From the sequence record MK774614.2: DNA of 64,000 bases. The stretch is one strand, 5' to 3'. This document shows, in pieces, positions 39,363 through 48,332 of the stretch. The notes under the pieces were generated by a model that was not told the origin of the DNA, did no database searches, and saw only the letters and a list, made by a program, of their open reading frames with translations. Position 1 is the stretch's first letter. The number at the start of each line of letters is the position of its first letter. The position numbers and the translations under genes are program-made.

Positions 39363-39750
39363 TCGTATCAACGTTATCTCGATCAGTATCCAGGAACAAG
39401 TTAATACAATGCTGGATGAACTGGAAAACAAACCATGGCCGCTGGTTGCACAAATTGATGACCAGCTAAGTTTTGGATTTCGAATTCTCTCCAGTGATGA
39501 ATTTCGTGTTCAGGTGGAAGCGTTCCAACAGGAAGATGGAAAGTTCACGATCACGCTCAGTGCGTGGTTCACTATTCCTGAAACACAATTCCCTGGGAGT
39601 CAAATCTTTGCGCTTGCCGTGCCGCAAGGCCGGTTGTTTAACACCAGTTATGCACTCGAAGAGATCGAAAGTGAGTCTGAACTCTTCGAGAACATTTACA
39701 ATCTGATCAGAGAGTTTATCCCGGAAGCTATTCGCAGTATCCTCGAATAA
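39349..39750 (+). CDS. Hypothetical protein
   Basis: 133 aa, GAGGT RBS, overlaps the previous stop. Confidence 0.65.
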   Translation: MNSSDRINVISISIQEQVNTMLDELENKPWPLVAQIDDQLSFGFRILSSDEFRVQVEAFQQEDGKFTITLSAWFTIPETQFPGSQIFALAVPQGRLFNTSYALEEIESESELFENIYNLIREFIPEAIRSILE

Positions 39751-39869
39751 ACCTCACAGGAACCTCTGTAAGCAATTCTTTTAACCAATACGTCTACTAC
39801 AATACTGTAGCTAGAGAAATCAAACCTAGCTTCATACAGAAGCTTTTGTTATATACATGGAGAACAGTA

Positions 39870-40823
39870 ATGCAAAAATGTTTCAATATTTATGGTCTGG
39901 GCGGTGCTGGTATCAATAACCTTAACTACCTGCTCAAAAATACCAAGCACGGGAAATTCATCGACAACGTTCTGGGGGTTGATTTCTCTGATGCAAACCC
40001 GGGTACCGATGGGGCGTACCATATCGAACGGATGGAAGGAGCTGAAGGCTCTGGTTCTAACAAAGCAACTAACGTAGCGCAAGCACCCGATCTCATCCAA
40101 CGCGCTCTGGCCAAGCTTCCTCCCAACAAACTCAACATCGTGATCTATTCTGCCTCTGGTGGTTCAGGTGCTGTACTCGGTCCTTATATGGTTCGGGAAT
40201 TGATCAAGAAAGAGATCCCGGTTCTTTCCATTGTTATTGGCGACAGTACTTCCATCAAGGAAATGGATAACACTGTGGGAACACTTCGCAGCCTATCCGC
40301 GCAAGCCGTTGCTCTGGAAGCACCCGTGCTTTTCTGTTACCGTGAAAACAACACCAAGAATACCCAAGGTGCTGTTAACACAGAAGTGGCACGGGTAATT
40401 GATAATGCATTGCTGATGCTTAACCTCAATAACGAGCGCATCGATTATGCTGACATCAAAAACCTGTTCTTCTTTACCAGCGTCGTGAAAGCCGATCCTA
40501 TCCTGTCCGAAGTCAGTTTCTGCGACGAAACCAAAGTCGCTGAATACAAACGGATGCCAGTTGCTGCGCTGTCACTGTATAGTGATATCGATCAGATCCG
40601 AGCTCCGTTTGATAACCTGCTTTATCGCAAAGCGGGTTTGTTCACTGAAGGAACCAAAGGGTTTGTCGAAACTGCACACGTGGTACTGGATCACGGTTCT
40701 ACCCTCCTGGGTCTGGAAGAGATGATGAAAGAGCAGGCTGCTAAGCAAGCCGAACTCTCGGGTCGCCATAAAGCCAAGAAATTGGATCTTAGTGGTGCCA
40801 ATGACGATGGGATGTTCTTGTAA
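39870..40823 (+). CDS. phuZ: Phage tubulin PhuZ
   Basis: GLGGAGINN, GAEGSGSNKATN and SASGGSGAVLG tubulin GTP-binding motifs; acidic C-tip DDGMFL; ATG 39870 has GGAG upstream. Confidence 0.93.
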   Translation: MQKCFNIYGLGGAGINNLNYLLKNTKHGKFIDNVLGVDFSDANPGTDGAYHIERMEGAEGSGSNKATNVAQAPDLIQRALAKLPPNKLNIVIYSASGGSGAVLGPYMVRELIKKEIPVLSIVIGDSTSIKEMDNTVGTLRSLSAQAVALEAPVLFCYRENNTKNTQGAVNTEVARVIDNALLMLNLNNERIDYADIKNLFFFTSVVKADPILSEVSFCDETKVAEYKRMPVAALSLYSDIDQIRAPFDNLLYRKAGLFTEGTKGFVETAHVVLDHGSTLLGLEEMMKEQAAKQAELSGRHKAKKLDLSGANDDGMFL

Positions 40824-40874
40824 GCTTGATTAACATCAGGAGTGGGGTAGAGTAATCTACCCCTTCTTAACCCT

Positions 40875-41153
40875 ATGCAACTTATTTTTAATTTAGCCAG
40901 CCACACCCAGAGTTTAAGCGGAATTTCTGAGTGTCCAGAAGGACTCGCGTTTTCGGTAATTCAAGATGCGTGTCTTGATAACGGAATCCCCCTTCCTCCA
41001 AGTCCCTTTGATCGCAACATCTCTTTTGAACACAGCGCGATTTATGAATTGGTTAAAGATTATGTCGATGACACCTTAACCACAGTCCCTACACCTGAAC
41101 ACGCCACCTTGGTGAACCTTGGTGCCATGCGTTTTCAATTAACCCTCTACTAG
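40875..41153 (+). CDS. Hypothetical protein
   Basis: 92 aa after a hairpin at ~40843-40862. Confidence 0.55.
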   Translation: MQLIFNLASHTQSLSGISECPEGLAFSVIQDACLDNGIPLPPSPFDRNISFEHSAIYELVKDYVDDTLTTVPTPEHATLVNLGAMRFQLTLY

Positions 41154-41164
41154 GCGGTAATGGC

Positions 41165-41653
41165 ATGTATCAATTAGATATCGAACACATTAAGGCACAG
41201 ATCTCACTTCGAGAACAAGTTTACGGGTTTGGAGATGGGTTGGGTAAAGAAGCAGATAAACTTACTTACTTTGCCACCCTGTGCATTAATAGTGTTATTC
41301 GTATCATGAATGATAAAAGCCAAAAACCAGAACAGGTTTTTGATGTCATGGTCAGTGAGTATCAAAACGAAGAACCCTTCTTTTATGAACTCGCTGATAT
41401 TATTCTGGGATTGGTTCACGATATTAAAACCCAGTTTTATCTGGCTGGGTTTGATCCCAGACTGAAATACAAGTTGTTGGTTCGCCAGTTTGGACGCAGG
41501 ACAGTCCAGTCTATCATCATGGATCTAGAAGAGACGTTCCTTGCGTTTAAGCCAACTGAATATGTAGAAGACATTGGTCAGGTGGTTTCTGATAATCCAG
41601 ATATCGAGGCATTAAATGATTTGTTCGCCGGACGTATCCACCCGGGTCGTTAA
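41165..41653 (+). CDS. Conserved hypothetical protein of the phuZ-polymerase block
   Basis: 162 aa, in a tightly overlapping operon. Confidence 0.6.
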   Translation: MYQLDIEHIKAQISLREQVYGFGDGLGKEADKLTYFATLCINSVIRIMNDKSQKPEQVFDVMVSEYQNEEPFFYELADIILGLVHDIKTQFYLAGFDPRLKYKLLVRQFGRRTVQSIIMDLEETFLAFKPTEYVEDIGQVVSDNPDIEALNDLFAGRIHPGR

Positions 41654-42071
41654 TTTTAGCGGCTTCTTTTCATTTATTCACGACGCGATTGATAATGCTC
41701 ATTTGTTCTCAAATAAATTGATCAAACAGCAGGACAAACCACTGGTCGCAGATCTTCTCTTGACGTACTTAATTAAACAATCAGGGGTATTTCAACTCTC
41801 CGGGTACTGTCGTGAAGGAGATATCAAAACGTGGTTTGATCATGATGTGTTAATAGAAGAGTTTGATGATTTGTTGTTAATGTTTAGAAGTTATTTAATA
41901 ACTAATCTTGGGCTTGATTTATCAAACACATATGGATTGAAACGTTACCTTAACCAATTTACATTTATCCTACACGGAGGGCAAGATGACTCTGTATTTT
42001 TACACGGTCAATATCTCCCCACTGTGGGAGACTGTGAATCGTTTCTCTTTGAATCCGACCCGTTTCTTTGA
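41616..42071 (+). CDS. Hypothetical protein
   Basis: 151 aa, GAGG RBS. Confidence 0.55.
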   Translation: MICSPDVSTRVVNFSGFFSFIHDAIDNAHLFSNKLIKQQDKPLVADLLLTYLIKQSGVFQLSGYCREGDIKTWFDHDVLIEEFDDLLLMFRSYLITNLGLDLSNTYGLKRYLNQFTFILHGGQDDSVFLHGQYLPTVGDCESFLFESDPFL

Positions 42072-42273
42072 ACTGGTGCAAGAGTTTATTCAAACACGAA
42101 ATGAAGAACTCTTTAACATCAGACTTGCAAATGAATACGGTAATTATGCCAGTTTGATTAAACTTCAAGTGATTGTCCAACTGAGGGATTTGATCGACAT
42201 CATCGACTATTCCGACAATGTTGTTGACTTTGGGTTTAATCGTTACCAATTTATGATCACAGGGGAAAGCTAA
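41986..42273 (+). CDS. Hypothetical protein
   Basis: 95 aa, GGAGG RBS, TAATG coupling to the next gene. Confidence 0.55.
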   Translation: MTLYFYTVNISPLWETVNRFSLNPTRFFELVQEFIQTRNEELFNIRLANEYGNYASLIKLQVIVQLRDLIDIIDYSDNVVDFGFNRYQFMITGES

Positions 42274-42587
42274 TGGAAATGCTAGCAGGAACTGTCCCTA
42301 AAGAGATGATTACCCACAATGTGGGATTTCCTGGGATACCGATAGAAACAGCGCTGAGCGCGGTAGGGGTGCTTTTACAAGCATATGGGATTCAACACGA
42401 TCTTCCGATCTCTGTTGATAACGTCGGATCCCTCTCAACAGGTGATCCGCAAATTGACACCATGCTCACTGCCCGGTATTTGGAACTCAAGAATTTCTTG
42501 AGTCTTATTAATGAAACCTATAACTTCACGCGATGTAAATGTCAAACCAATGGCTTCGTGATATATATGGTTTTTGAATGTTTTTAA
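42273..42587 (+). CDS. Hypothetical protein
   Basis: 104 aa, GGGGA RBS. Confidence 0.6.
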   Translation: MEMLAGTVPKEMITHNVGFPGIPIETALSAVGVLLQAYGIQHDLPISVDNVGSLSTGDPQIDTMLTARYLELKNFLSLINETYNFTRCKCQTNGFVIYMVFECF

Positions 42588-43218
42588 CGGTGGTCCTATG
42601 TGGGTTTGCCTAAATACGTTTAATTACGAAGAGCTGCTTAATGTAATCATCAAAGAGAAAAATCTTGCTGATGAGATCATCACAATGGATCTTCTTTCTG
42701 ACATATTCACACGTATTGGTGTAAACCTCTCGCGTAAAAATATGTCCCCTCCCACCGACCACAATGCGTTTTTAGATCTTCTTTTGGTTAAACTCCAAAA
42801 AGTCCGTAATGGACTATTAACCGAAGACGGGCGAGAAACGTTGATCGACTTTATTTGTTCACTGGATAAGCCGTTCAATGAAACCCACGAGTTCTTTGAT
42901 TGTTTAAACTTGGTCAAGAGCTATTGCGGATTTGTTAATGATGATAAACAGTACACGATCATTATTTCCAAAGACGAGATAGAAGATCTAGAAACAGCGA
43001 TCGATATTAAACTCGGTAATTTCTTTAATCCAATTGAAGAAGATGACAGTGACATTGTCATTGAACACGCGATTCGGGACTTGCTTTATCCAGAAGAACA
43101 AAATCCCTCCCTCACATGGGATTTACGTGTCATGAACACCCCCGGCAAAGTTGTAAAGCATGGCGATCATTTGATCACCTTCCCAACGTTATTTGCCATT
43201 GTGAGACCACAGTTATGA
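42574..43218 (+). CDS. Hypothetical protein
   Basis: 214 aa, ATGA coupling to the next gene; exact start uncertain. Confidence 0.6.
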   Translation: MNVFNGGPMWVCLNTFNYEELLNVIIKEKNLADEIITMDLLSDIFTRIGVNLSRKNMSPPTDHNAFLDLLLVKLQKVRNGLLTEDGRETLIDFICSLDKPFNETHEFFDCLNLVKSYCGFVNDDKQYTIIISKDEIEDLETAIDIKLGNFFNPIEEDDSDIVIEHAIRDLLYPEEQNPSLTWDLRVMNTPGKVVKHGDHLITFPTLFAIVRPQL

Positions 43219-43637
43219 AAATCAATGAACTTCGTAAAGGAGACATTGTTAACTTCGATATGATCGCACCTGGGATCTTTGGGTCCCAATATAAAGGTGT
43301 CCTTGTTCAAGGTGTTGTCGGTTATGAAGCCGCGTCCTTGATCGATCCCGAAGTCAATGTCAAACACCAAAACTTCTACCCCAAGTTTAAAGAAAACGTT
43401 AACAATATTAATGACCCTACCACCTATGATTACTTGTTGATTAAACCTGATGCCGCCACTAACCAAGTGATTGTCATTGGGGAAGCTTGGATCATGCCGG
43501 GGTCACTTGAAGTCACCAAAGGCCGTACAGCGCAAATCCTCATTGGGGATTGGCAAGCACGTTATGATGCACCCGTCAGGGACTTCTTAAATAACCTCAA
43601 TGTAAGTTACACCTTGCAAGTCACTGACAAACAGTAA
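43215..43637 (+). CDS. Conserved phiKZ-like small protein (gp49-like position)
   Basis: MKINELRKGDIVNFD...; immediately upstream of the polymerase gene; start at the ATGA overlap. Confidence 0.6.
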   Translation: MKINELRKGDIVNFDMIAPGIFGSQYKGVLVQGVVGYEAASLIDPEVNVKHQNFYPKFKENVNNINDPTTYDYLLIKPDAATNQVIVIGEAWIMPGSLEVTKGRTAQILIGDWQARYDAPVRDFLNNLNVSYTLQVTDKQ

Positions 43638-43714
43638 ACTAGAACGTTACTAAGTCTGCCATTAGGTAGACTTAGTAACTTCATTTTGTTTATCTTTTTG
43701 TTAGAGGGAACTCC

Positions 43715-45784
43715 ATGTCCGCTGCTACTCCGTTTCTCTCTGAAAATTATGAGAGTGACCGCAATATCATTAAACACACCATCACCCAATATGCCTTGGT
43801 GGTGAGTCGTATTCAGAACCTTCCTTTTGAACAAGTCAGAGAAGACCTGATCAAATACTTTAAAGCCAATAAAGACCAGTTTAAATCAAAACGCGCTAAA
43901 GTCATTGTTAAAAATAAAGTTCAAGACCGAGAAGTCAAAGTCCTTCCTCTGTCCAGTGTACTTAAGCACGTACAAGATAAAAACTACCATTTCTCTCCTT
44001 CCATGATTGCCTACACCCATTCTGATGAAGAAGAGTGTGTGAACGCGATTGGTACACGAGACTTTTTGGCTAACCGCAAACACTATAAAGATCTAAGACA
44101 AGACGCAAAAGCCGCTGGAAACAAAGATCTTTATATTAAATATAACGAACTGCAAAACGCGTTTAAAATCTTTAACAACGCCCAGTCAGGCGCAATGTCC
44201 TCCGAAGGGACACCCATTAATAATAAAACAGGTCACACTACGCTGACCTCAACATGCCGTTCGCTGACCTCAACAGCAAACCTTATTAATGAGCAGTTTA
44301 TTGCGGGGAATCGTTTTTATAATACACCAGAAAACACCATGCAGGCTCTAGCTGCTAGATTGCAGATTACTAATTTTAATAAAGTCCAGCAGGTGATGGA
44401 GAAATTTAATCTTTATTATCCTACCCCAGAAGAAGTATTGGAATTGGTAGAGCGTTCTTCAAGAAGGTACTGGGAATCTGATTCGACAATGAAGTACATC
44501 AAAACCTTCCTGGAAAAACTACGCCCTGTCGAATTAGCTACATTGGCGTACACCTTGGATTTGATTACGCTTTATAAATACAATAGAACGTTCATGAACG
44601 GGTTCTTTGACGACTATGTTCACATCCCTCCTTTTGAAGAAGGAAAACCTGGTCTTAAGCCGGACAATGGGGACAAGTATGTCCTAGCTATTTCAAAACT
44701 CCCCAGAGACCCATCAAAAGAAGCAATTAATCAGCTGAACGAATATCACATGCAGATTGAAGAAAAATACTTCGATCTACTGAATACGTTCTTTAAGTCT
44801 CAGATCCCACCCAGTGGGCTGTTTGATGTTATTTCAGCGGTTCGTGATTGTGTACTCACTTCTGATACAGATAGTTCCATTGTGACGGTAGATGCGCTGG
44901 TAGATGATTACACCGATGACCCCACCAAGGGGATTAGACTTAATGGGGTAATTACCTATTTTGTTCGAATGATTTCATTGGATCAACATGCACAACTGTC
45001 CGCGAATATGAACGTGAGCAAACGCAACCTGCACATGCTTCAGATGAAAAACGAATTTTTATTCGGCTCTTATGTTACGACTAACATGAGTAAGCATTAT
45101 TATGCGTCTCAGTTGATGGTGGAAGGTGTTACCAACAAGGAACCTGAAATAGAAATAAAAGGAGTGCATTTAAAATCTTCTAAGATAGCCCCGCGCATCA
45201 AAGATAAAGCCCAGGAATTGATGTATAGCACTATGGGGAGTGTAGAGAACAAGAAGAAAATGGATCCTGCACAAATCCTGCACGAAATCGCTGAACTGGA
45301 ACGTGATGTGATTAATGAGATCAAAACAGGCGGTTGGTCTTGGTTGTCCCGAGAATCCATTAAGAACGCTTCAGCTTACACCAACCCATTTAGTGAAAAG
45401 TACATGTACCACGACATGTGGGAGCAGTGCTTTGCTCACAAGTATGGTCCTGCGCCAGAGCTTCCATACATCGGCGTGAAAATGTCAGTCGATATGGGTT
45501 CTAAAACCAAACTTAAAGCTTGGGTAGATTCCATTGAAGATGAAGAAATTAAGCTTAAGCTCACAGATTGGTTAATTGAAAAGAGCAAGGACAAACTCAG
45601 CAACCTGTACGTCCCAAGAGAGATCCTTCAAAACCTTGGCGACATTCCAGTTGAGTTTAAACAAGCTATCGATTATCGAACAATCATTAAGCAAAATTTC
45701 AAATCTATCTATGAAGTCTTGCACAGTACTGGTATTTATGTCATGAACGACAATATCACCAGACTGATCAGTGATGAACATTAA
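43715..45784 (+). CDS. Family B DNA polymerase, polymerase-domain subunit (phiKZ gp50-like)
   Basis: KIFNNAQSG (region III-like), SDTDS catalytic motif, KHYYA and EIKGVHLKSS. No exonuclease domain, consistent with the split polymerase of this family. Confidence 0.88.
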   Translation: MSAATPFLSENYESDRNIIKHTITQYALVVSRIQNLPFEQVREDLIKYFKANKDQFKSKRAKVIVKNKVQDREVKVLPLSSVLKHVQDKNYHFSPSMIAYTHSDEEECVNAIGTRDFLANRKHYKDLRQDAKAAGNKDLYIKYNELQNAFKIFNNAQSGAMSSEGTPINNKTGHTTLTSTCRSLTSTANLINEQFIAGNRFYNTPENTMQALAARLQITNFNKVQQVMEKFNLYYPTPEEVLELVERSSRRYWESDSTMKYIKTFLEKLRPVELATLAYTLDLITLYKYNRTFMNGFFDDYVHIPPFEEGKPGLKPDNGDKYVLAISKLPRDPSKEAINQLNEYHMQIEEKYFDLLNTFFKSQIPPSGLFDVISAVRDCVLTSDTDSSIVTVDALVDDYTDDPTKGIRLNGVITYFVRMISLDQHAQLSANMNVSKRNLHMLQMKNEFLFGSYVTTNMSKHYYASQLMVEGVTNKEPEIEIKGVHLKSSKIAPRIKDKAQELMYSTMGSVENKKKMDPAQILHEIAELERDVINEIKTGGWSWLSRESIKNASAYTNPFSEKYMYHDMWEQCFAHKYGPAPELPYIGVKMSVDMGSKTKLKAWVDSIEDEEIKLKLTDWLIEKSKDKLSNLYVPREILQNLGDIPVEFKQAIDYRTIIKQNFKSIYEVLHSTGIYVMNDNITRLISDEH

Positions 45785-45889
45785 TTAAACACTCCTCTAG
45801 AACCTGGATGGGTTCTAGAGGGGGTATTTTAGATTTCCATATATTTTTAAACAAATATTATTATTGTGTACAAATAAAAGGAGTACACA

Positions 45890-46921
45890 ATGGAAATTGA
45901 TGAAAGACTATTGGCGTTTAGACCAATATCAGTCATACTTAATTTTGACTGGGAAAAGACCACGTTTGATGAACGAGTGAAAATGCGTTACGACTACGTT
46001 CAAGAACAAAAGAAGAAAAATCCTGATTACGTTGGTTGGGATTTTCTAGAGTTCTTTAACTCTCTCCATGGTCCTGCTAAAACTGATGATGTTCAGTACA
46101 TGGTAGACTTTAGAAGACTGGTCAGCACTATTGGGCAAGTTGCAAGTATTTGGCAAGGTGCGGTTTATACTTCGTTCGGTGTTTCAACCAAACATGGATA
46201 TAAACATTTAGCTGCAAACATTAACGACAAATGGAAGACTATTTTACTTCATAGGGTCGTTGCTTCTACTTTTATCCCAATTCCTGATGAACTAAAGAAA
46301 TTCAGGAAGAAATTGGTTGTTAACCATAAAAACGATAATGGTTGCTGTAACTGGCAATCAAATTTGGAATGGGTAACACAAAGGGTTAACCATAAGAAAG
46401 CGATCGAAACAGGTGCTATCCCATTAACTTATTTTAAGATGACAGTTATCTACCACGGTCCGTTATATGGAAAGGAATATTTCTTCTTTTGTAAAGCGGA
46501 TCTTCTTAAACACGGATTTAACTGTGGAAATGTTTATTACGCATGTAAAACAAAAGGGAGATATCTTTGCGGGGTTTGGGAAGAGGTCCCTTTAGAAGAA
46601 GCTAAAGGTAAGCCCGTTGGCGTTCCAGAAGAAGACATGAAAGTCATACGAGATCCAAAATACGGCGGATATAAAAGAGAGCCTCGGTTAGCAACAATTG
46701 TTTCCGATGGACCTTGTAAAGGAGAACAGTTTGTTATTTACGGGTCTAAACAAATGGAGGTCAATGGATTTAGTTCTATAAAAGGAATTCCCGATGGCGG
46801 AAGTATTAATTATAAAGGTTGTAATTGGAGCAAAATAACACTTGACCAAGCAAAGGGAATACACGTTGGGTTAACAGATGCACAGAAGAAACATCTATTC
46901 CCCAATGGGATTAAACCATAA
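45890..46921 (+). CDS. Free-standing HNH homing endonuclease
   Basis: LLHRVVASTFIP...VNHKNDNGCCNWQSNLEWVTQRVNH; duplicated C-terminal module; own promoter at 45844-45868 and a terminator hairpin at ~46951-46978. Confidence 0.85.
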   Translation: MEIDERLLAFRPISVILNFDWEKTTFDERVKMRYDYVQEQKKKNPDYVGWDFLEFFNSLHGPAKTDDVQYMVDFRRLVSTIGQVASIWQGAVYTSFGVSTKHGYKHLAANINDKWKTILLHRVVASTFIPIPDELKKFRKKLVVNHKNDNGCCNWQSNLEWVTQRVNHKKAIETGAIPLTYFKMTVIYHGPLYGKEYFFFCKADLLKHGFNCGNVYYACKTKGRYLCGVWEEVPLEEAKGKPVGVPEEDMKVIRDPKYGGYKREPRLATIVSDGPCKGEQFVIYGSKQMEVNGFSSIKGIPDGGSINYKGCNWSKITLDQAKGIHVGLTDAQKKHLFPNGIKP

Positions 46922-46988
46922 ACCAATATTTTGTAACAAACGTTACATCCCCCTCCTTCCCACACTCGGGAAGGAGGGGATTCATTTG

Positions 46989-48086
46989 TTATACATGATC
47001 TTTCAAATCTTTCCATACATTAATATAGAAGCTTGCCCAATAGGGATCTTTAATCTGGTTACTGTTATAGTTAACTGGAATTTTGTAAAAGGTCTTTAAT
47101 TTTGAGGTGGTAATGGGGTCGTAAGAACCCATGAAGTCCATAAAGTAAAGATACCCTTTTGCCCAATGAAGCGAAGCCAGTGTGTAGACCCAACCTAATT
47201 GAACAAACATCATCGATTGCTGTCGGTGCGAAAATACCATATCAGAAAGGTTTAGTGATCTAAAGCTACTAGCAGATAACTTCAGCCACTCATTAGGCGA
47301 CTTGATTCGTTCCCCTAACAACTGTTTGCGAATCCAGCTGTTGTACTCATTTTGTTGGAAGCTATATTGCTCTAACGCAAACCCAGAACGCTGAACAGTG
47401 ACGTCATCACCTTCTGCAATTAGGTTTAGGTTCACCAGTGCATTGTGCCAAACATAAGTATCTAATAAACAGAGCAAGACATAATGATGAGGTGTTAATC
47501 CGACATTAACATTATTCTCGATACGTTCTTTTAAATACCAGTAATAACCAAACACAAACTGATACACATCCAGTTCTAGAACGGTGAAGGTTTGTTCTTC
47601 CCCAACTCGTTGAACTGTATCAATAAGGTGATCTAAATTCCAGTAATGAGTTTTACTGGTGGTCATGATCGGTTTTAAACACACTCGACCTAAAGACAAT
47701 GTTTCAGTTACATTATCTTGATCGAATTCGGGTTTTTCAAACGGCATGACAATCAAGGTACGGTGATTACTTTCTGGGTACACACTTTCAGCGTGATCTT
47801 TCCCTCTATTGTAAAGAGAAGTGATCCCAACGTTACTGGCTATTTTTTTACTCTGCAGTTCAATATAGTTGTACAGCTCAGCAGGTGTCCAATTAATGTT
47901 AATGGACAATTGCAGTAAAAACTGTACCAATGGATGTTGGTTTGGAAGAACTCTGTTACCCATCGCGTAAAACGTTTTAAAGCGTTCTACATTACGTTCA
48001 TGGATGGCTTGGAGATTATCAAGTTTTCCGTATCGCGGTAAACTGGGATTTGGGGTTCCACCAGGACTTAATTGAAATTGATTCAT
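46989..48086 (-). CDS. Conserved phiKZ-like protein (gp52-like position), divergent from chimallin
   Basis: 365 aa, AGGA RBS; synteny. Confidence 0.6.
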   Translation of the reverse strand: MNQFQLSPGGTPNPSLPRYGKLDNLQAIHERNVERFKTFYAMGNRVLPNQHPLVQFLLQLSININWTPAELYNYIELQSKKIASNVGITSLYNRGKDHAESVYPESNHRTLIVMPFEKPEFDQDNVTETLSLGRVCLKPIMTTSKTHYWNLDHLIDTVQRVGEEQTFTVLELDVYQFVFGYYWYLKERIENNVNVGLTPHHYVLLCLLDTYVWHNALVNLNLIAEGDDVTVQRSGFALEQYSFQQNEYNSWIRKQLLGERIKSPNEWLKLSASSFRSLNLSDMVFSHRQQSMMFVQLGWVYTLASLHWAKGYLYFMDFMGSYDPITTSKLKTFYKIPVNYNSNQIKDPYWASFYINVWKDLKDHV

Positions 48087-48227
48087 TGTTGTTTCCTAGT
48101 TATTTATTTTTCTACCCACATTTACTATTATATGTAAACAACTAACTAATCTTCGGATTAGTTAGCAAGCGGTAGATGTACGTCATTTGTAAGTTATCCA
48201 AACGATTTACCTCAAAAATTGAAGGTC

Positions 48228-48258
48228 TATAATTTTTCAGGTAGATATTACCAAAGTG
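48228..48258 (+). promoter_or_regulatory. Early promoter of chimallin
   Basis: CTATAATTTTTCAGGTAGATATTACCAAAGTG. Confidence 0.75.
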
Positions 48259-48332
48259 TAAAGGAGAGATGAATATTTCAAATCCCTTTTATTCTTCACA
48301 ATAATCACTATTCTTAGCTAAGGAATGAACTG

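Noticed and set aside
43715-45784. Intron or intein in the DNA polymerase, given the adjacent HNH gene
   Set aside because: The ORF is continuous with normal length and motifs; the HNH gene lies after the stop and a terminator.
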